Assembly (NCBI RefSeq): GCF_009914755.1
Contig: NC_060936.1
From: the human T2T-CHM13v2.0 reference genome, Homo sapiens
DNA length: 64,000 bases
Reading direction: 5' to 3' (one strand)
Shown here one piece after another: positions 28,961 through 48,249 of this stretch. A program made the translations under genes and the position numbers. Below the pieces are notes generated by a model that had not been told where the DNA came from, made no database searches, and saw nothing but the letters and a program-made list of their open reading frames with translations. Positions within the stretch are counted from its first letter, which is position 1, and every line of letters begins with the position of its first letter.

Positions 28961-30279
28961 CTTTAAAGGACAAATTCAGTGAGAAGTGCCCAACCCAGCA
29001 CCAGGGAGGGGGCTGTGAATAGTTTCCCAGGGCCTTGAACCTTTCATCAGTGGTGGGGGATAGAAACAGAAGGGCCTGTGGCAGTGCAGCCTGGCTACCC
29101 CCATGTCTGCTCTCCCCAGAGAGGCTGTGGGGTAGAATGTGGAGCATAACACAGCCCCAGTGACGGGTGGTCGGTCCTTCCTAGCACTTCTCTCTGCTGG
29201 GTGTGGCTACAAGATATGCATGGAAGTTCTGTGTGCCACCTCCACACGTGTCCTTAAGGGGCAGAACCAAGCCCTCTCCTCCCCTTTCCTCCTTCCTGCT
29301 GGCTAGACTGGGGGCCACATGATGGGGAAAGCTGGAGCAGCCATCTTGGCCCACAAGCAGAAGTCCCATGTTGGGGACAGCAGGGAAGTCACATAGAAGA
29401 AACCAGACCTCTGACAAGTTGGGGAGCAGAGATGCCACACCAGCTCCGGTGTTTCCACTACAGAGAAATACACTGCCATCTTGACTAAGCCACAGCTATT
29501 TTGGGTGTCTCTGTTATAGCAGCCAAATCTGTACTCATACACCATCTCACAGGGTTTTTGTAAAGATTTAGAGAGAAAATGTATGTTAAACTAAATACAC
29601 TGTATGTGTGCAATATGACAATTATTATTAGGGTTTGGGATCATGCTACTGTTTCCCTTTTTTTTTTGAGACAGGGTCTTGCTCTGCAGCCAGGCTGGAG
29701 TACAGTGGTGCGATCTCAGCTCCCTGCAACCTCTGCCTTCTGGGCGCAAGTGATCCTCCCACCTCAGCTTCCTGAGTAGCTGGGACTACAGGTGCATACC
29801 ACCACGCCCAGCTAATTTTGTCTTTTACGTAGAGACAGGGTTTTGCCGTGTTGCCCAGGCTGGTCTCAAACTCCTGAGCTCAAGTGATCCACCTGCCTTG
29901 GCCTCCCAAAGTGTTGGGATTACAGGCGTGAGCCACCACACCGCCATTTCCCTTCTTAACAATTCTTCTAACTGGTGTGGTATGCCTATAATCCTAGCTA
30001 CTCAGGAGGCTGAGGCTGGAGGATCCCTTGAAGCTAGGAGTTTAAGACCAGCCTGGGTAACAGAGTAAGACCCCTCCCCTCCCCTCCCCACCCCTTCCCT
30101 TCCCTTCCCTTTCATTGAGACAGAGTCTCACTCTGTCGCACAGGCTGGAGTATGATGGTGCAATCTAGGCTCACTGCAATCTCCACTTCCTGGGTTCAAG
30201 CAATTCTTGTGCCTCAGCCTCCCGAGTAGCTGAGATTATAGGTGCACGCCACCACACCCAGCTAATTTTTATATTATGA

Positions 30280-30681
<402 letters not shown>

Positions 30682-31050
30682 TAGCGAGACCCTGTCTCTA
30701 CAAAAATGTAAAAAATTAGCCAAGAGTGGTGGCGCATGCCTGTAGTTTCAGCTACTCAAAAGGCTAAGGCAGGAGAATCGCCCAGGAGGTCAAGGCCGCA
30801 GTGAGCTATGAACGTGCCAATGCACTCAAGCCTGGGTGACAGAGCAAGATCTTGTCTCTAAAACTAAAAACTTCTAGAAACCAAATTCCTTGATTAGGCC
30901 TCAAAGGCCCTGTGTGATCTGTCTCCTTCCCCTGCTTTCCCAGCCCATCTTTGTCCCTTCCCTCTAGCTCACTGGCATTCTCTGGGTTTCTGAACTAGCC
31001 AGGCTTATTCTTGTCTCATTACTGAGGTGCACTCTACCCTCCACCTGGAA

Positions 31051-31579
31051 CAGGGGTTGGCAAACTATGGCCCACAGGCCGAATCCAGCCAGCCACTTGT
31101 ATTTGTAAGTAAAGTTTTGTTGGAACACAGCCCATTCATTTACATATTGTTTGTGGCTGCTTTTCCCCTATAACAGCAAAGCTGAGTTGAGTAATTGCAA
31201 CAGACCATCTGGCCCACAAAGCCTAATGTTTTTACTATCTGGCCCTTTGTAGAAAAAGTTGGGGCCAGGTGCGGTGGCTCACACATGTAATTCCAGCACT
31301 TTGGGAGGCTGAGGTGGGAGGTGGGAGGATCACTTGAGACCAGGAATTCAAGAACAGCCTGGCCAAAATGGCAAAACTCTGTCTCTACTAAAAGATACAA
31401 AAATTAGCCAGGCGTGGTGGCACATGCCTGTAATCCCAGCTACTCAGGAGGCTGAGGCACAAGAATCACTTGAACCTGGGAGGTGAAGGCTGCAGTAAGC
31501 TGAGATCATGCCATTATACTCCAGCTTGGGCATAGAGTAAGACTGTCTCAAAAAAAAAAAAATAGTTCGCTGATCCCTA
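31051..31579 (+). mobile_element. MER58A-like hAT DNA transposon interrupted by an Alu
   Basis: Starts caggggttggcaaactatggcccacaggcc; terminus resumes after the Alu (ttcgctgatccct). Confidence 0.7.
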
Positions 31580-32231
31580 GCTTGGAAGGTTCTTCCTCAC
31601 TGCACTTGCCTGGTTCACGCCCTCGCATTCTTCATATCTTGGCTTCAATGTCCCTGACCTTTTGGTGTTAAGTTCTCCTGTAACACTCCCTTTGAGAAGT
31701 ACATTGTACTTCTCAAAACTGTAATTAAATGAATTCTTTAATTCCTACCTTCCTTACTGTGAACTCCATGAGGCTGGAACCACATGGGCTTATTTATAAG
31801 ACCTGGCACCTAGTAAGTACTTACAATAATTTGTGGAGTAAATGAATTTTTTTTTAAAAAAAAAAAGCTACTTAGGCCAGGCGCAGTGGCTCACGCCTAT
31901 AATCCCAGCACTTTGGGAGGCCAAGGCGGGCAGATCACTTAGGGTCAGGAGTTCAAGACCAGCCTGGCCAACACGGTGAAACCCCATCTCTACTAAAAAT
32001 AAAAAAATTAGCTGGGCATTGTGGCGGGCACCTGTAGTCCCAGAGACTCGGGAGGCTGAGCCAGAAGAATTGCTTGAACCCAGGATGTAGAAAATGAAAT
32101 AGAGGTTCCTCTTCAAAGGGACTTTCCTCCCAGTCTAATTCAGAATAGGTAGTAACCTCTCTTAGAACCAAAATTTACTCGAAGACCTGTGTTAATATTC
32201 TTCAATTCTGCTAGCTGTAATAAAGAAATCA

Positions 32232-32860
<629 letters not shown>

Positions 32861-33394
32861 GAAATCAATATACTCTGTTCTTAGCTCCCACATTTTAGCT
32901 TAGATATTTGCCTTGGCATACCTGAACCGGTCCAAGCAAGCATTAGGTCATAGCCTATTCCTCTTCCTTATTTGGAGGTGTTTTTGCCTCTCTCAGCATT
33001 CCAGGAGTTACTTGCTCTCTTCCTTTGTTTCCCTCTGCCTTTGCCTCTTTTGGGAAGTTCTAAATTGCTAGCCAATCGGGTTGAGTACAGAATGTGAGGT
33101 CCTGTTCCAGCCAATGGAAACTGGACACAGCAGTAGGGTGGATGCGTCAGGTTATAAATGACCCCGTCTCTTTTGTTCATGTGTGCTCTTGTGGCAAGAC
33201 TGCTAGCAAGCAGCACCCTTTCTGCAGAGAGTAAACTAGCCTTGCTGAGAGATCCTTTGTCTCAGTGTTGATTTTGGCGACACCGAGCACCCATTCCCAA
33301 CACAGGAGGCGGAGGTTGCAGTGAATCAAGATGTTGCCACTGCACTTTAGCCTGGGTGACACAGCAAGACTCCATCTTAAAAAAAAAAAAATCA

Positions 33395-33526
<132 letters not shown>

Positions 33527-33529
33527 TCA

Positions 33530-34865
<1,336 letters not shown>

Positions 34866-37800
34866 TTATTGTCTCTGGCCATCCTGCAAAATGAAGAAGT
34901 AGGTGTGAGTGCAGCTGTGCTGACATCTGTGTGGTTAGTGTGGCTGCAGAAACCACAACTGTTGACATCAAGAGTTCATCTTAGGTCCTCTGTCGCTTTT
35001 ACACAGAACCTTTCACTGGAAGCAGTTTTCAGCTTTGTGAGGGTGTTAGGGCCACAAGGGCAGGAAGACCAAGTGTGGAGGCATCTCAGGCACATGTGTC
35101 AGGCGGGGACCAGCCAGGCATACAGACAGCATTCTAAGGATTTAAAACCAGAGACTGGTTACATCAGTGATGGGAGAGTTGAGAGGCCAACCAGGGGAAG
35201 ACAAAGCCATCCCGCAATTGTCAATGGCAGGAAGCCACCACATGAAGAGATGGTGAGCCTGGGGCCCAGGGTCACCCAGGGGAAGTTTGAACCACAGCCA
35301 TCAGTTCCCAGAGGAGCTAGAGACATTGCCGGAAATGCAGATTAAAGAAGGGTGGCGGTGGGGGAGGAGAAATACCCTGGTTTCTTTCTACTGCCCTTGG
35401 CCAAAACCAGCAGGAAACCAACTGACAAGCAGCCTGGGCGACGGAACCACAGGCCTCAGCCTATGTCTGAGCAGGACAGGGACAGGGCAGAATGCAGTGT
35501 AAGACTAACAGGACTAGGAATGGCACATTTTCACTGATTTTAAAGTTTTTTGGTTTGTTTGTTTATTTGTTTTGAGACAGAGTCTTGCTCTGTCGCCCAG
35601 GCTGCAGTGCAGTGCCATGATCTCGGCTCACTGCAACCTCTGCCTCCTGGGTTCAAGTGATTCTCCTGCCTCAGCCTCCTGAGCAGCTGGGACTACAGGT
35701 GCACACCACCACGCCTGGCTAATCTTTGTATTTTTAGTAGAGACAGGGTTTTGCCATGTTTGCCAGGCTGTTCTCAATCCACCTGCCTTTGCCTCCCAAA
35801 GTGCTGGGATTACAGGCCTGAGCCACCACGCCTGGCCATTTTTAAGTACTGATTTTAAAAATTGGTGGGTGAAATATAACTTTGAAATACAATTTAAAAA
35901 ACTGTTTCACTAAATGTAATGTTGTATTCTGGATTGGGTTCTGGAGTGGAAAAAGGACATTAGTGGAACTGGAGAAATCCAAATCCAAATCCAAATCTAG
36001 TCTAAAGTTTAGTTAATAGCATTGTACCAACATTAATTTTGTAGGCGCTCTGTTACCCTGGCTGGAGTGCAATAGTGTGACCATGGCTCACTCCAGCCTC
36101 GACCTACTGGGCTCAAGTGATCCTCCTGTCTCAGCCTCTCAAGTAGCTAGGACTATAGGTGCTCGATGCCTAGCTAATTTTTTAACTTTTTATAGAGATG
36201 AGCTCCACTATGTTGCCCAGACTGATCTTGAACTCCTAGGCTCAAGCAATCCTCCCACCTTAGCCTCCCAGTGCTGGGAATACAGACAGGAGCCACCGTG
36301 CCGGGCCTAATTTTGTGGTTTTGACAAACACATCAAGGTTATCTAAGATGTTAACATTAGGGGGAGCAGAATGGAGGGCATACGGGAACTCTCTGTACTA
36401 TCTTTGCAACTTTTCTATAAATCTACAATTATTACAAAGTAAAAAGTTTAGTTAAAAGACTATTTCAGGCCAGGCATGGTAGCTCACACCTGTAATCACA
36501 GCACTGTGGGAGGCCGAGGGAGGTGGATCATCTGAGGTCAGGAGTTCAAGACAAGCCTGGCCAACATGGCGAAACCCCGTCTCTAATAAAAATACGAGAG
36601 AATGCCAGGCATGGTGGTACGCACCTGTTACTCAGGTTAACCCCAGTTACTCAGGAGGCTGAGGCATGAGAATCTCTTGAACCTAGGAGGCGGAGGTTGC
36701 AGTAAGCCAAGTTTGCATCACTGTACTCCGGCCTGGGCAACAGAATGAGACTCTGTTTCAAAAGATAGATAGACAAATAAATAACTGTTTCAGAAAAATC
36801 TATAGGGCAATCAGAGATCAGTAATTTATATTGCTTTCATAGTACAATGGCTAAAAGTACTAGCTTTGCACAGCCCCACTTGGGTTCAAATCCTTGCTGG
36901 GGGTCTCTGGGCTGGTCATTTAATCCTCCAGAGCTTGGGCTTCCTCAGCTGTAAAACAAGAGTCCTCAGGATGAATGAGAAGCCTGCACGCTGTAAAAAA
37001 TGTTCAATAAATAACTAATAGCACTAACCCAGGAAAACGAAAATCCCAAGTCCAGGACTTTAATGATTTCTGATGCAATTGCTGAACGAACACCTACTGC
37101 CTTGGCCAAGCACAGGGGCTCACGCCTGTAATCCTAGCACTTTGGGAGGTTGAAGTGGGAGGATCGCTTGAGCCCAGGAGTTCAAGACCAGCCCAGGCAA
37201 CATAGCAAGTCCCCATCTCTTAAAAAAGAAAAAAAGAAAAAAAAAAAAAAAAGAACACCTACTGCCCAGGATGTCTGCTCACCCCCCAACACCATGTCTC
37301 AGATGGACACCCCCCATAACATCCCCATCCCTCACCCTGATTCTTCTTCATCTCTTCCCCCTTATCCTGTTCGTTCTCCAGGTTAAGTATCACCATCTGA
37401 CATCCCTATATGCACCTGTTTATTTGTTTATTGTCTGTCTTTCCCCCTCTCCTAAGAAGTAAGCACCAATGAAAGCTGTAAGTTACTACTTACAGGTTAC
37501 CTGTGCCACTTTTATTTTCATATTGTCTGTAGATGTGAGAAATGTTTTGAAGAAAGAATCATTAGGACTTGAGTGAAAGAGTTTTGAGTTTGGGTGACTG
37601 GTAGAGAAAGATGGGGCCCTTAAGAAACTATGGCAGAAATTGGGAGAGGAGAGGACATTTGGAGGGGAGGACAATGAGCTCACTTTTAAACTCATTGAGC
37701 TCTAGCTGCCATACTGCAGTGGACAATGGTGTCTTGGCCTTCCCATTATCCAGGGAGTGCAGTGGCACGATCATGGCTCACTGCAACCTCGACTTCCTGG

Positions 37801-38117
37801 GCTCAAACAGTCCTCCTGCCTCATGCTCCCGAGTAGCTGATACTACAGGCACGTGCCACCATTCCCAGCTAATTATTGTATTTTTATTTTTGTAGATATA
37901 GGGTCTTGCTATGTTGCCCAGGAGAAGGAAGTGACACTTGAAGCCACAAAAGATAACTTCAACTCACCAAACCAAAGAACACACCAAGAGAATGGCAGGG
38001 AATCAAAGAAACACCCAAAGTGACTAAGAACGAAAAAGAAAGGCAGGCCAGATCAGGTGCTAAGGATGTTTAGTTCCTTGGCAAGGCAGAATGTATTCAA
38101 TATCAGGCCAGGTATCA

Positions 38118-38252
<135 letters not shown>

Positions 38253-38322
38253 TTAAAAAAACAAAAAAACAAAAAACAAACCAGAAGCCCCTTTGGGAGC
38301 AGAGGATTGGGAATTATCTTCA

Positions 38323-38681
<359 letters not shown>

Positions 38682-38713
38682 CTATCTCTCCTCTTTTTTT
38701 TTTTTTTTTTTAA

Positions 38714-38821
<108 letters not shown>

Positions 38822-38855
38822 TAGCTGGGATTACAGGCGTGCACCACCACGCTAG

Positions 38856-39056
<201 letters not shown>

Positions 39057-40220
39057 TGAGGATGAAGGATCTTTGCCCATGGCTACAGGATGAATGTGAA
39101 CAAGGTAGTTAATGAATGCAGTCCTCTCCATTGTACCCCAAAGCTCTCAGGCATAAATCAAAATGCCTGAATTCTTCAGAGAGTGCGGCTGGAAACGCAA
39201 CGTTACATGAAATGTTTCCAATTTGCTTTCAGCCAAATTACCTCTTTTGCTTTAAAGGGCAAACTTGTTTTCTTTGATTATGATGACACCCATCATTTCT
39301 TGACAGCTCATTTGGGTGAACAAGATAAAGCCCGTGGAACTAGGATTGAGGGGAAATGCATCTGACTCTGACGACAAAAATGACTGGAGAATCTCTTTTC
39401 CTTGAATCCTAATATGATCATTTCATGTCCTTTTTAATGCCACCAACCTTAATATTTAAATCATTTCCAACTTAAGCATCTCCGTTTAAAATTCCTGCCC
39501 TGAGAGTGAAGCAAATTGTTAATGGATGGGAAACTTTAATTGGATATTCCCTTTATTTGTCATTAATTCTGCTGATGAACTTTATAAATGGAAATATATC
39601 TTTATCATGCAAATTATACCTCGTCTTCATTCAAACAGGCTTGTTGGATATTTTATTAATTTTGCTCTTAGAATATTTTGAGGAAAAAAAAGATTTGAAC
39701 TAAATTATATATTTTTTCCCCCTGGAGAGAAGGAAAAAACCCAACACTTAACAACTACCCTACAAATCCAAACTGGCAAGTGGAAAAGTCAGAGGGTGCT
39801 AAAAAAAAAAAAAAAAAAAAAAAAAAACCAAAACAACTGGAGTGTGGGAAATGGATTTCTCTCTCTCTTTTTAAATTCACTCTTAATTTAGGTTCGGGTT
39901 ACATGTGCAGGTTTGTTATATAGGTAAATTTCATGTCATGGGGGTTTGGTGTACAGATTATTTCATCACCCAGGTAATAAGCATAGTACCTGATAGGTAG
40001 TTTTTCCATCCTCATCCGGATCTCATTTTAAGGAATACCATTTTAACATTAGCTAAGTAAGTTCTTGAGAACTTACTGTGTAGCAGACACTGTTCTGAAT
40101 GCTATATACGAATTAATTCCTTTAATCCTTGCAACAACCCTATGAGGTAGGTGCTATTATTACCTCTATTTCACAGATGAAGAAAGGGAGACAGAGAGAG
40201 AGGTTAGATGATTCTAGTTA

Positions 40221-40640
<420 letters not shown>

Positions 40641-40860
40641 TCAAGAGGAATTTTCTTTTTAGCCTCAGAAAGATCTCACTACCCTCCAAACCTCTAGCTT
40701 TCTTCCGAACTCTGTATGTTTTATCTGAGGCTTTCAAGTCTAGGGAGGGGGAAAGTGAGGGGCTAGAAAGAAGCAACAGATTCATGATGAAACCTGCTAT
40801 CCCAACCAACTACTATACAGTAGGTGCTCAATAAAGAAATCACTGTTGCGGTTGGGCTCA

Positions 40861-41178
<318 letters not shown>

Positions 41179-42444
41179 TCACTGTTGAATAAATGAGATG
41201 GCAAACCCAGATTTACCAACAGGCTTGTCTCCTCACTGGGAGATGCTGGCATAATAGGATAATGTTGTTTTGCAAAATATATATGTCCTGAATTGGAGCC
41301 AGAAAAGAGAGTCATATTTTCATGATAGAACTGTAGGCCAACAATTGGCCTATGAATTCTTTTGCATCCCTTTACTCAGGGCTTGGAATTTTTTAAACAA
41401 AAGTTTTAAATGTAATGAATTTTTTACTTTTTCATAGTTGAGTGGTTTTTTTTTTCTTTCTGTGACTAATTTTGAACTATTACCCAATCCTCCTCTCTTG
41501 TTCTTTTTGAGAACCTGTGTTTTATGGTTTACAACTGGTCTGTAAAAGATTCCCAGGCTAGGGCTGCAGCAATGAATGCTGGAGGTATTGACAGTTGGGA
41601 CCCTGTTTGTAATGCTGGCTGGGTGGCTGCAGGCTCCAGGATTATCTGGTGCTTTGGAGACAGAGGACATGGGATAGTGACTCAGATTGGGAGGGAACAT
41701 GCCCCCCGGGACAGATTTCTATGTTGCTGGTTATGATGAAATACTTTCCACTGACCACAAGCTATATAGCCTTGGGCAAGTCCACTTGATCTTCTGGGCT
41801 TTCATTTCCTCATTACTGAAGTGGAAACGAAAAACACATTTGGAATGCAATTCCAGTGTCTCACCACTTCCTGGCTGTGTGGCTTTGGGTAAGTCGATTA
41901 ACCTCTCTAAGCCTTGACGTTCTACCTGTGAAATGGGACACAGCACTGTTGAGGGAATGAAATGAAATCCTTGCTCAAAAGTGTTACGCTTTTATGACTT
42001 TTAGTACTACTTCAAAAATTATGTTAATATCAACACTTTAATGTTTCTTAAAATAGATGTGCTTTTCCACAAAATAATATGGTATATGTTTTTGTATCAA
42101 AGGCTTTATAAAAAGTCAAAACAGAAGCAGTTTTTACTCCTTTTTACTATTTTGTTTTTAATTTTGCTGGTTTCTGCATTATTCATGTTCTCCTGTTAGT
42201 GACCGAAGAAGACCAAGTTCCCTTAAATCACTCCCCATTGTCCAGTCTCCCCTCCTTATCAATCAGTTCATCAGGAATTTTAATTCCTCTTTTGGTTACA
42301 GTGTCACTTTAGAAATGCTTATTTCTGGTTATATCTAAGTGTAGACAGCATCACTTTGGCAGTTTCAGACAGAAGGAAGAATTTCCTAGTAGTGAATTTA
42401 GATTATTCTATAATCAACTTCTCCAACTTGAAAAAAATATTTAA

Positions 42445-43330
42445 CTACTACACACCTATTAGAATGGACAAAATCTAGAACACCGACAACTCCAAATGCT
42501 GGTGAGGATGTGAAGCAGAAACTCTGTCATTGCTGGTGGGAATGCAACATGGTGCGGCCACTTGGGAAGACAGTTGTTTTCTTACAAATTTAAACCTGCT
42601 CTTACTGTACGATCCAGTAATTGCACTCCTTGGTGTTTACCCAAAGGAGTTGAAAACTCATGTGCACACAAAAACCTGCACACACAAAAAGCTTATGGAT
42701 ATTTATAGCAGCTTCATTCACAACTGCCAAAATTTGGAAGCAACCAAGATGTCCTTCAGGAGCTGAGTAGATAAACAGTGGGGCATCCCGACAATGGAAT
42801 ACAGGATTATTCAGTGTTAAAAAGAAATGAGCTGTCAAGCCACGAAAAGACATGGAAGAAACTTAAATGCATATCACTAAGTGAAAGAAGCCAATCTGAA
42901 GAAGCTGCATATGGTATCACTCCAACTATATGACATTCTGGCAAAGGCAAAACTATGGAGATAGTAAAAAGATCAGTGTTGTCTAAGGGCTGGGGGAAGG
43001 GAGGGATGAATAGGCAGAACAGGGAGGATTTTTAGGGCAGTGAAAATACTATGTACCTTACTACAATGATGGATACCATCATTATACATTTGTCCAAATT
43101 CACAGAATGTACAACACCAAGCGTGAACCCTTATCCCTTATGTAAACTATGGAATTTGGATGCTGCTGCTGATGTGTCAATGTAGGTTCATCAACTGTAA
43201 CAAATGCACCACTCTGGTGGGGGAGGTTGACGGTGGGGCAGGCTGTGCATGTGGGAATAGGGGGTATGTAGGAACTCTCTCTACCTTTCTCTCAATTTTG
43301 CTGTGAATCTAAAACTGCTTAAAAAATAAA
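42445..43330 (+). mobile_element. Old L1 (L1M-type) 3' fragment
   Basis: caaatgctggtgaggatgtg..., ggaagcaaccaagatgtcc, L1MB-like 3' UTR ending in aataaaa. Confidence 0.8.
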
Positions 43331-43491
43331 ATCTTAAGGTTGTAACCCTTTACTGGGCAGTGAAATCAGTTTGCCAACTGGGACTAGAGTTAAAATTAAA
43401 CGAAACAGGGTTGGGTGCGGTGGCTCACTCCTGTAATCTTTGGGATTACAGGACTTTGGGAGCACTTTGGGAGGCCGAGGTGGGTGGATCA

Positions 43492-43756
<265 letters not shown>

Positions 43757-44017
43757 TCAGGCACTAATGTATAATGTTCCTTTTGTCAGAAACCAACCCC
43801 CCAGGAATAATTTCTCCCTAGATTAACAATTTCTCATTCTTTAGGTCTTAGCTCAATGGCTACCCCTCCTCAGACTGGAACAGACAGCACTTTACAACCT
43901 GTGGAAACTCTCTCACCTTTCCTGCATAGTACTAATCACACGTGTAATTTTTTTTTTTTTACAGCTCTATTGAGGTATAATTTACATTACCATAAAATTC
44001 ACCCATTGTAAGTGTAA

Positions 44018-44479
<462 letters not shown>

Positions 44480-44540
44480 TAGTTCATATAAATGGGATCA
44501 TGCAGTATGTAATTGTTTGCATCTGACTTTTTGCTTAGCA

Positions 44541-45003
<463 letters not shown>

Positions 45004-45635
45004 TGATCTGCCTGCCTTGGCCTCCCAAAGTGCTGGGATTTACAGGCGTGAGCCACCGTGCCCGGCTGCCTTTTTTTTTTAATAGACAGGGTCTTACTCT
45101 GTCACGCAGGCTAGAGTGCAGCAGTGCAACCATGGATTACTGTAGCCTTGACCTCCCCAGGCTCAGGTGATCCTCCCACCTCAGCCTTCTGAATAGTTGG
45201 GACTACAGGTGCATACCACCATGCCTGGCTAATTTTTGTATTTTTTGTAGAGATAGGGTCTCACTTTGTTACCAGGCTCCTAGGCTCAAACTCCTAGGCT
45301 CAAACTAGGATCCTCCTGCCTTGGCCTCCCAAATTGCTGGGATTACAGGCGTGAGCCACTGGGCCAAAAACCCTCAACTTAACATGTTTTTGAGGTTCAT
45401 CCAGGTTGTAGCAATTATTAGTATTTCATTCCTGAATAGTATTTTATTGCTGAATAGTATTCCATTCTAAGGAAATATCATGAGTTATTTATTTATTCAC
45501 CTGTTGATGACATTTGGGTTGTTTCCAGTTTTGGGCTGTTAAGGGTGATGTTGCTAAGAACATTTATATTTAAGTCTTTGTGTGGACTTATGTTTTCACT
45601 TGGGAGGGGTAACTTCCTAAGAGTGGAATTGCTAG

Positions 45636-46103
<468 letters not shown>

Positions 46104-46870
46104 TAAATGTCTACTCAACTCTTTTGCCCATTAAAAAAATTGAGTTGTCCTCTTATTGAGTTATAAGAGTTATTTTTATATTCTATATACAACTCTTTTA
46201 TGACACATGATTTGCAAATATTTCCTCCATGTCTGTGTCTGTGGCTGATCTTTTCATTTTCTTATGAAAATATCTTTTGAACCTCAAAGTTTTTTTTTTA
46301 TATATTTTTTTGAGACAGGGTTTTTCGCTCTGTCGCCCAGGCTGGAGTGCAGTAGTGCAATCATGGCTCACCGCAACCTCCGCCTCTTGCGATCAAGCAA
46401 TTCTCCCACCTCAGCCTTATTTATTTATTTATTTATTTATTTATTTTTTGAGCTGGAGTCTCGCTCTATCACCCAGACTGGAGTGCAGTGGCACGATCTC
46501 GGCTCGCTGCAACCTCCACCACCCGGGTTCAAGAAATTCTCCCGCTCAGCCTCCTGAGTAGCTGGGATCACAGGCACACGCCACCAGGCCCGGCTAATTT
46601 TTGTATTTTTAGTAGAGACAGGGTTTCACCATGTTGGCCAGGCTAGTCGCAAACTCCTGGCCTCAGGTGATCTGCTGGCCCAGGTGATCTGCTGGCCTCG
46701 GCCTCCCAAAGTGCTGGGATTACAGGCTGAGCCACCGCGCCCGGCCCTTAGCCTCATTTAATCATCACAAGAAACTCTCTGTCTTCAGTAGGTACAATGA
46801 GATCACATCTTAAGGATGGAGATGGGAGTTAAATTCCAAAGTTAGGATAAAGGCAAAAGTGGTGTAATAA

Positions 46871-47113
<243 letters not shown>

Positions 47114-47619
47114 TGATCTGCCCGCCTCGGCCTCCCAAAGTGCTGGGATTACAGGCGTGAGCCACCATGCTCGGCAAAAACAACAACAACAACAACAAAA
47201 CAAACAAACAAAACTACCTAATTTAAACACTGAAGTGAGATTGCCTGCTCACCGAGGAACGTATGGCCGTTGGGTGAAATGGGAGGGGACTTATAAACTC
47301 CCCTCCCACCCACAGCTCCCATGTTTGACTTGAAATAAGTTAACTACGATATGACTCTGCTTGACTGTTGTCCTCCTCGTTTTAGGGATGAGGGAGTGGA
47401 GCCATGAAGTGGGCAGGTAGAAGGGCAGAATGGAGGCCGGCTCCCTGCAGGTTGTGGAGCGAAAGGTCCAGACTAAGGCAGGAGCTGAGGGACAGGGTCC
47501 TGAAGCTGAGACGAGATCGCAGCGGGGGCTTCTAATTCCTCAGGGAGCCAAAGGACAGAGGGCTGAACCCTATTCCACATCTCTCCCGATCCGCGACCCT
47601 TTCCCAACTGGCTACTCAC

Positions 47620-47700
47620 CTGCTCTGACCGCTCCAGGTTTCCCTAGCCACAGTTACCGCCGCGGTCCCTGCGTTGCTAGGTTACCCGCCAATCTCAGAA
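47620..47700 (-). other. IQCD: IQCD non-coding exon 1 (TSS approximate)
   Basis: Consensus donor CAG|GTGAGT at the edge of the CpG island, next to an X-box. Confidence 0.75.
47673..47685 (-). promoter_or_regulatory. RFX X-box GTAACC-T-AGCAAC
   Basis: Exact match to GTNRCC(N0-3)RGYAAC at the start of a motile-cilia gene. Confidence 0.8.
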
Positions 47701-48089
47701 GGCGAGACTCGGTGTCTGACTGACCTTTCTTTTCACCATTCAATTTATTGTTCCGCTCAGTTGTCCCCACCTCCTGAAGTCTGACCAATCAGAAGCACCG
47801 CCATTTTGACCTTTCACCAATGGAAAGACTTGGGACTCCCTCTGGGTTGGACTCAACGAGTAAGGCGGGGAACAAGGGAGGAGTAAGGGGCGTGGATTCT
47901 TCGTCCCGCCCCTTCTTAAGGAGGCGGGCAGGGAGTACCGCATCGGCGGCGGGCGAGACCTGCGGAAGGACGTGATAGTTGGCCAATCAGAGTTCATCAC
48001 GGTAGCCCAGTTAGCCAGTAGGACGCTGTGAAGGGGAAATGGGGCGGGGCCAGCGGGGTTGAGAGGACGGTAGGCGGTGGATAGGAGAG

Positions 48090-48249
48090 CTGGCGCAGCT
48101 GCCCTGGTGGCAGTGGCTGAAGTGGCGGCGGCTTCGGCGGCTGCGGCGGCTGCAACAGCTTCGGGCTCGGGGTTTTGGCGGCGGCGCCGGCGGGCTAGGC
48201 TGCGCGGTGCGGACCCCGGCGCGCGGTCCGGGTTGCTGGGGCGGCGCGT
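48090..48249 (+). other. TPCN1: TPCN1 non-coding exon 1 (TSS approximate)
   Basis: GGC-rich leader ending at donor CGT|GTAAGA. Confidence 0.75.

Noticed and set aside
46664-46697. 17-bp duplication in an Alu (similar small ones near 850 and 45287)
   Set aside because: Ordinary slippage within repeats
48122-48195. GGC-rich tract in the TPCN1 5' UTR as a repeat-expansion locus
   Set aside because: Heavily interrupted, with no pure run longer than about 3 units
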